This document shows positions 34,090 through 35,852 of a DNA stretch of 35,852 bases, one piece after another. Position 1 is the first letter of the stretch. Each line of letters starts with the position of its first letter. The stretch lies in the IMG/VR virus record IMGVR_UViG_3300037755_000487, positions 1 through 35,852 of that record; one strand, 5' to 3'. The notes under the pieces were generated by a model that saw only the letters and a list, made by a program, of their open reading frames with translations, was not told the origin of the DNA and searched no databases. The stretch is from a virus (Duplodnaviria > Caudoviricetes). A program made the position numbers and the translations under genes.

Positions 34090-34620
34090 ATGCCCGAATT
34101 TCGAGATTTGTTTCCGAGGAGTTTCAAGGCGCGCGATTTCCGCGACGCGCCCCAGGTCTACACGATCGCGGCCGTCGAGCCGCGCGTCATGAAGGGGGAC
34201 GACGAATCGGTCCGGGTGAAGCTCTGCGTCAAATTCGCCGGATCGGATCGATTCTGGCTTGCCGGCCCGAAGGAGGCGTGCCCGTCTATCGCGGAGGCCG
34301 TCGGGTCGACGAACACGGACGACTGGATCGGATCGCAGATCGAGCTCTACGAGGCGGAGACGGATTTCGGGGGTGAGGCCGTCGATTGCGTCCGCGCCAG
34401 GCGACCGTCGAGCCCCGCCCCCGCCCCCGCCCCCGCCCCCAAGCGCCGCGCTGCGAAGCGCCGCGCTGCGAAGGCGAAGGCGAAGTTCCCCGCCCACGTC
34501 GGGACGGACGGCGGCGGCGACGAGCTCGTGCAACTCGAGGAGGGCGGCGAGATCTACCAGATCCCGGCCGCGGACCTCGCGGGCGTGCTCGATGGATCGG
34601 TCGAGCTCGAGGATTTCTAG
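34090..34620 (+). CDS. Putative OB-fold / ssDNA-binding phage protein
   Basis: FP.SFKARD...YTIAAV...IAEAVGSTNTDDWIGSQIELY...FGGEAVDCVRAR resembles a common phage family; Pro/Ala linker and acidic tail; adjacent to a nuclease. Confidence 0.55.
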   Translation: MPEFRDLFPRSFKARDFRDAPQVYTIAAVEPRVMKGDDESVRVKLCVKFAGSDRFWLAGPKEACPSIAEAVGSTNTDDWIGSQIELYEAETDFGGEAVDCVRARRPSSPAPAPAPAPKRRAAKRRAAKAKAKFPAHVGTDGGGDELVQLEEGGEIYQIPAADLAGVLDGSVELEDF

Positions 34621-34679
34621 CCGCCCGCCCCGGCCGGGTCGGACGCCCATCACGTCCGGCCCGGCCCATCGAGGTTCCC

Positions 34680-35348
34680 ATGCCCGAGCTCTCCGAACTC
34701 TTCCCCGGCCCCGCCGCCTACGCGCCGACCGTCCCGCCATTTCCCGGCGAGCGAGACACGAGCGCATATCGAGTTGGCGGCGTCCGGGTGCCCTCGGTGA
34801 CCGAGGTCCTCGATCTGGCGGGGTTCTCGGAGTTCACCGGGATTCCGCGATTGGTGCTCGAGAACGCGGCGAACCGCGGGAAATGGGCACATCACTACTG
34901 CGAGCGGATCATTCACGGAGAGGTCCTCGATCTGGCGGCGGTGCCCTCCGAGGTGCTCCCTCGCCTCGAGGCCTTCCGGGCGTTCCTGCACGAGAGCCAG
35001 TTCGTCGCCGCGGAGGTCGAGATCGCGTGCGTCTCGACGAGGTACCGCTATGCGGGGACGATCGATCTCGTCGGTCTGCTCCCCGCCGCCGGGATGTCTC
35101 TGATCGACGTGAAGCTCCCAATCTCGCCGTCGCCCGCGTGGGCGTTACAGACCGCGGGATACGCATTCGCCTACCACGAGTCGGTCGGGGTCAGCGTCGA
35201 CGCTCGCTTCGCGCTCCAGTTGCGAGACGACGGCCGCTACCGCCTCGTGCATCACAGCGACGACGTCGACGACCTGCACGATTTTCTGGCGGCGCTGCGC
35301 GTTGCGAGCTGCAAAATCCGACACGGCCTCGCCCAGCTCGCCGAGTAG
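34680..35348 (+). CDS. PD-(D/E)XK exonuclease-like protein
   Basis: Start re-called to ATG 34680; VPSVTEVL, RGKWAH, YAGTIDL...LIDVK and LQTAGY motifs. Confidence 0.85.
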   Translation: MPELSELFPGPAAYAPTVPPFPGERDTSAYRVGGVRVPSVTEVLDLAGFSEFTGIPRLVLENAANRGKWAHHYCERIIHGEVLDLAAVPSEVLPRLEAFRAFLHESQFVAAEVEIACVSTRYRYAGTIDLVGLLPAAGMSLIDVKLPISPSPAWALQTAGYAFAYHESVGVSVDARFALQLRDDGRYRLVHHSDDVDDLHDFLAALRVASCKIRHGLAQLAE

Positions 35349-35388
35349 CCACACAACCGGCCGCAGGAGCGGCCAAGAGGAGAATAAG

Positions 35389-35852
35389 ATGGACGCGAAA
35401 ACTCTATTGGGCGGCGATCCCACTAGCTGGGATTTGTATTCGATCGACAACACCACCCTCACCCAGGTGCTGCCGTGTCTCGACGTCACCACCCTCGCCC
35501 AGGTGCTGCCGCGTCTCGACGTCACCACCCTCGCCCAGGTGCTGCCGCGTCTCGACAACACCACCCTCGCCCGGGTGCTGCCGCGTCTCGACGATCTGCG
35601 CCTCGTCCAGGTGCTGCCGCGTCTCGACGTCACCACCCTCGCCCAGGTGATGGCGTACCTCGACAACACCACCCTCGCCCGGGTGCTGCCGCGTCTCGAC
35701 AACACCACCCTCGCCCGGGTGCTGCCGCGTCTCGACGTCACCACCCTCGCCCGGGTGAGGGCGTGTCTCGACCTGGTAGTACCCCGCCTCGAACGGCCGT
35801 ACTCCCAGATCCTTGCTGCCCTAGAGGCGGGCGGCGAGCTGGCCATGAGGCG
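35389..35852 (+). CDS. 12-aa tandem repeat protein (3' end outside window)
   Basis: Translated by hand; AGGAG RBS; MDAKTLLGG...(LD[VN]TTLA[QR]VLPR)x9...VPRLERPYSQILAALEAGGELAMR, open to the edge. Confidence 0.75.
   Translation, partial: MDAKTLLGGDPTSWDLYSIDNTTLTQVLPCLDVTTLAQVLPRLDVTTLAQVLPRLDNTTLARVLPRLDDLRLVQVLPRLDVTTLAQVMAYLDNTTLARVLPRLDNTTLARVLPRLDVTTLARVRACLDLVVPRLERPYSQILAALEAGGELAMR
35444..35772 (+). repeat. Nine tandem 36-bp coding repeats
   Basis: TCGAC recurs at exact 36-bp intervals from 35444 to 35768; no spacers. Confidence 0.9.

Larger units (their letters stand above)
1..35852. mobile_element. Temperate-type myophage / prophage region, extending beyond both window edges
   Basis: Co-oriented terminase-portal-head-sheath-tube-baseplate-fibre genes, replication genes and a divergent early operon; no ends or integrase seen. 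Confidence 0.95.

Noticed and set aside
34259-35650. 463-aa plus-strand ORF
   Set aside because: Arg/Pro-rich alternative frame overlapping three better-supported genes
35444-35772. 36-bp repeats as a CRISPR array
   Set aside because: Units are contiguous with no unique spacers, keep one reading frame, and no cas operon is present; the neighbouring nuclease is a typical phage exonuclease

Overview
GC-rich temperate-type myophage or prophage segment; no integrase, att site or lysis genes are visible in this window. The minus strand (27.3 kb to 1) carries a continuous operon: Cro-like HTH, initiator-like protein with iteron-like repeats, DnaC-like ATPase, RusA, terminase, portal, head genes, contractile tail, baseplate, tail fibre, and two large proteins with signal-peptide-like N-termini. 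The plus strand (33.1 kb to the end) carries small early genes: an SSB-like protein, a PD-(D/E)XK nuclease and a 12-aa repeat protein. Between two mirror-image phage promoters, where cI is expected, lies a 5,262-bp IS1-family cargo transposon (27436-32697) with perfect 23-bp terminal inverted repeats and an 8-bp target duplication. It has a central transposase and carries a single-chain restriction-modification enzyme, an RHH regulator, a DUF5343-like gene, two small ORFs, and a non-canonical tRNA-like cloverleaf (CUA anticodon, Ala identity elements) beside a second tRNA-end-like structure. All family assignments come from motif recognition and gene order, not from database searches.
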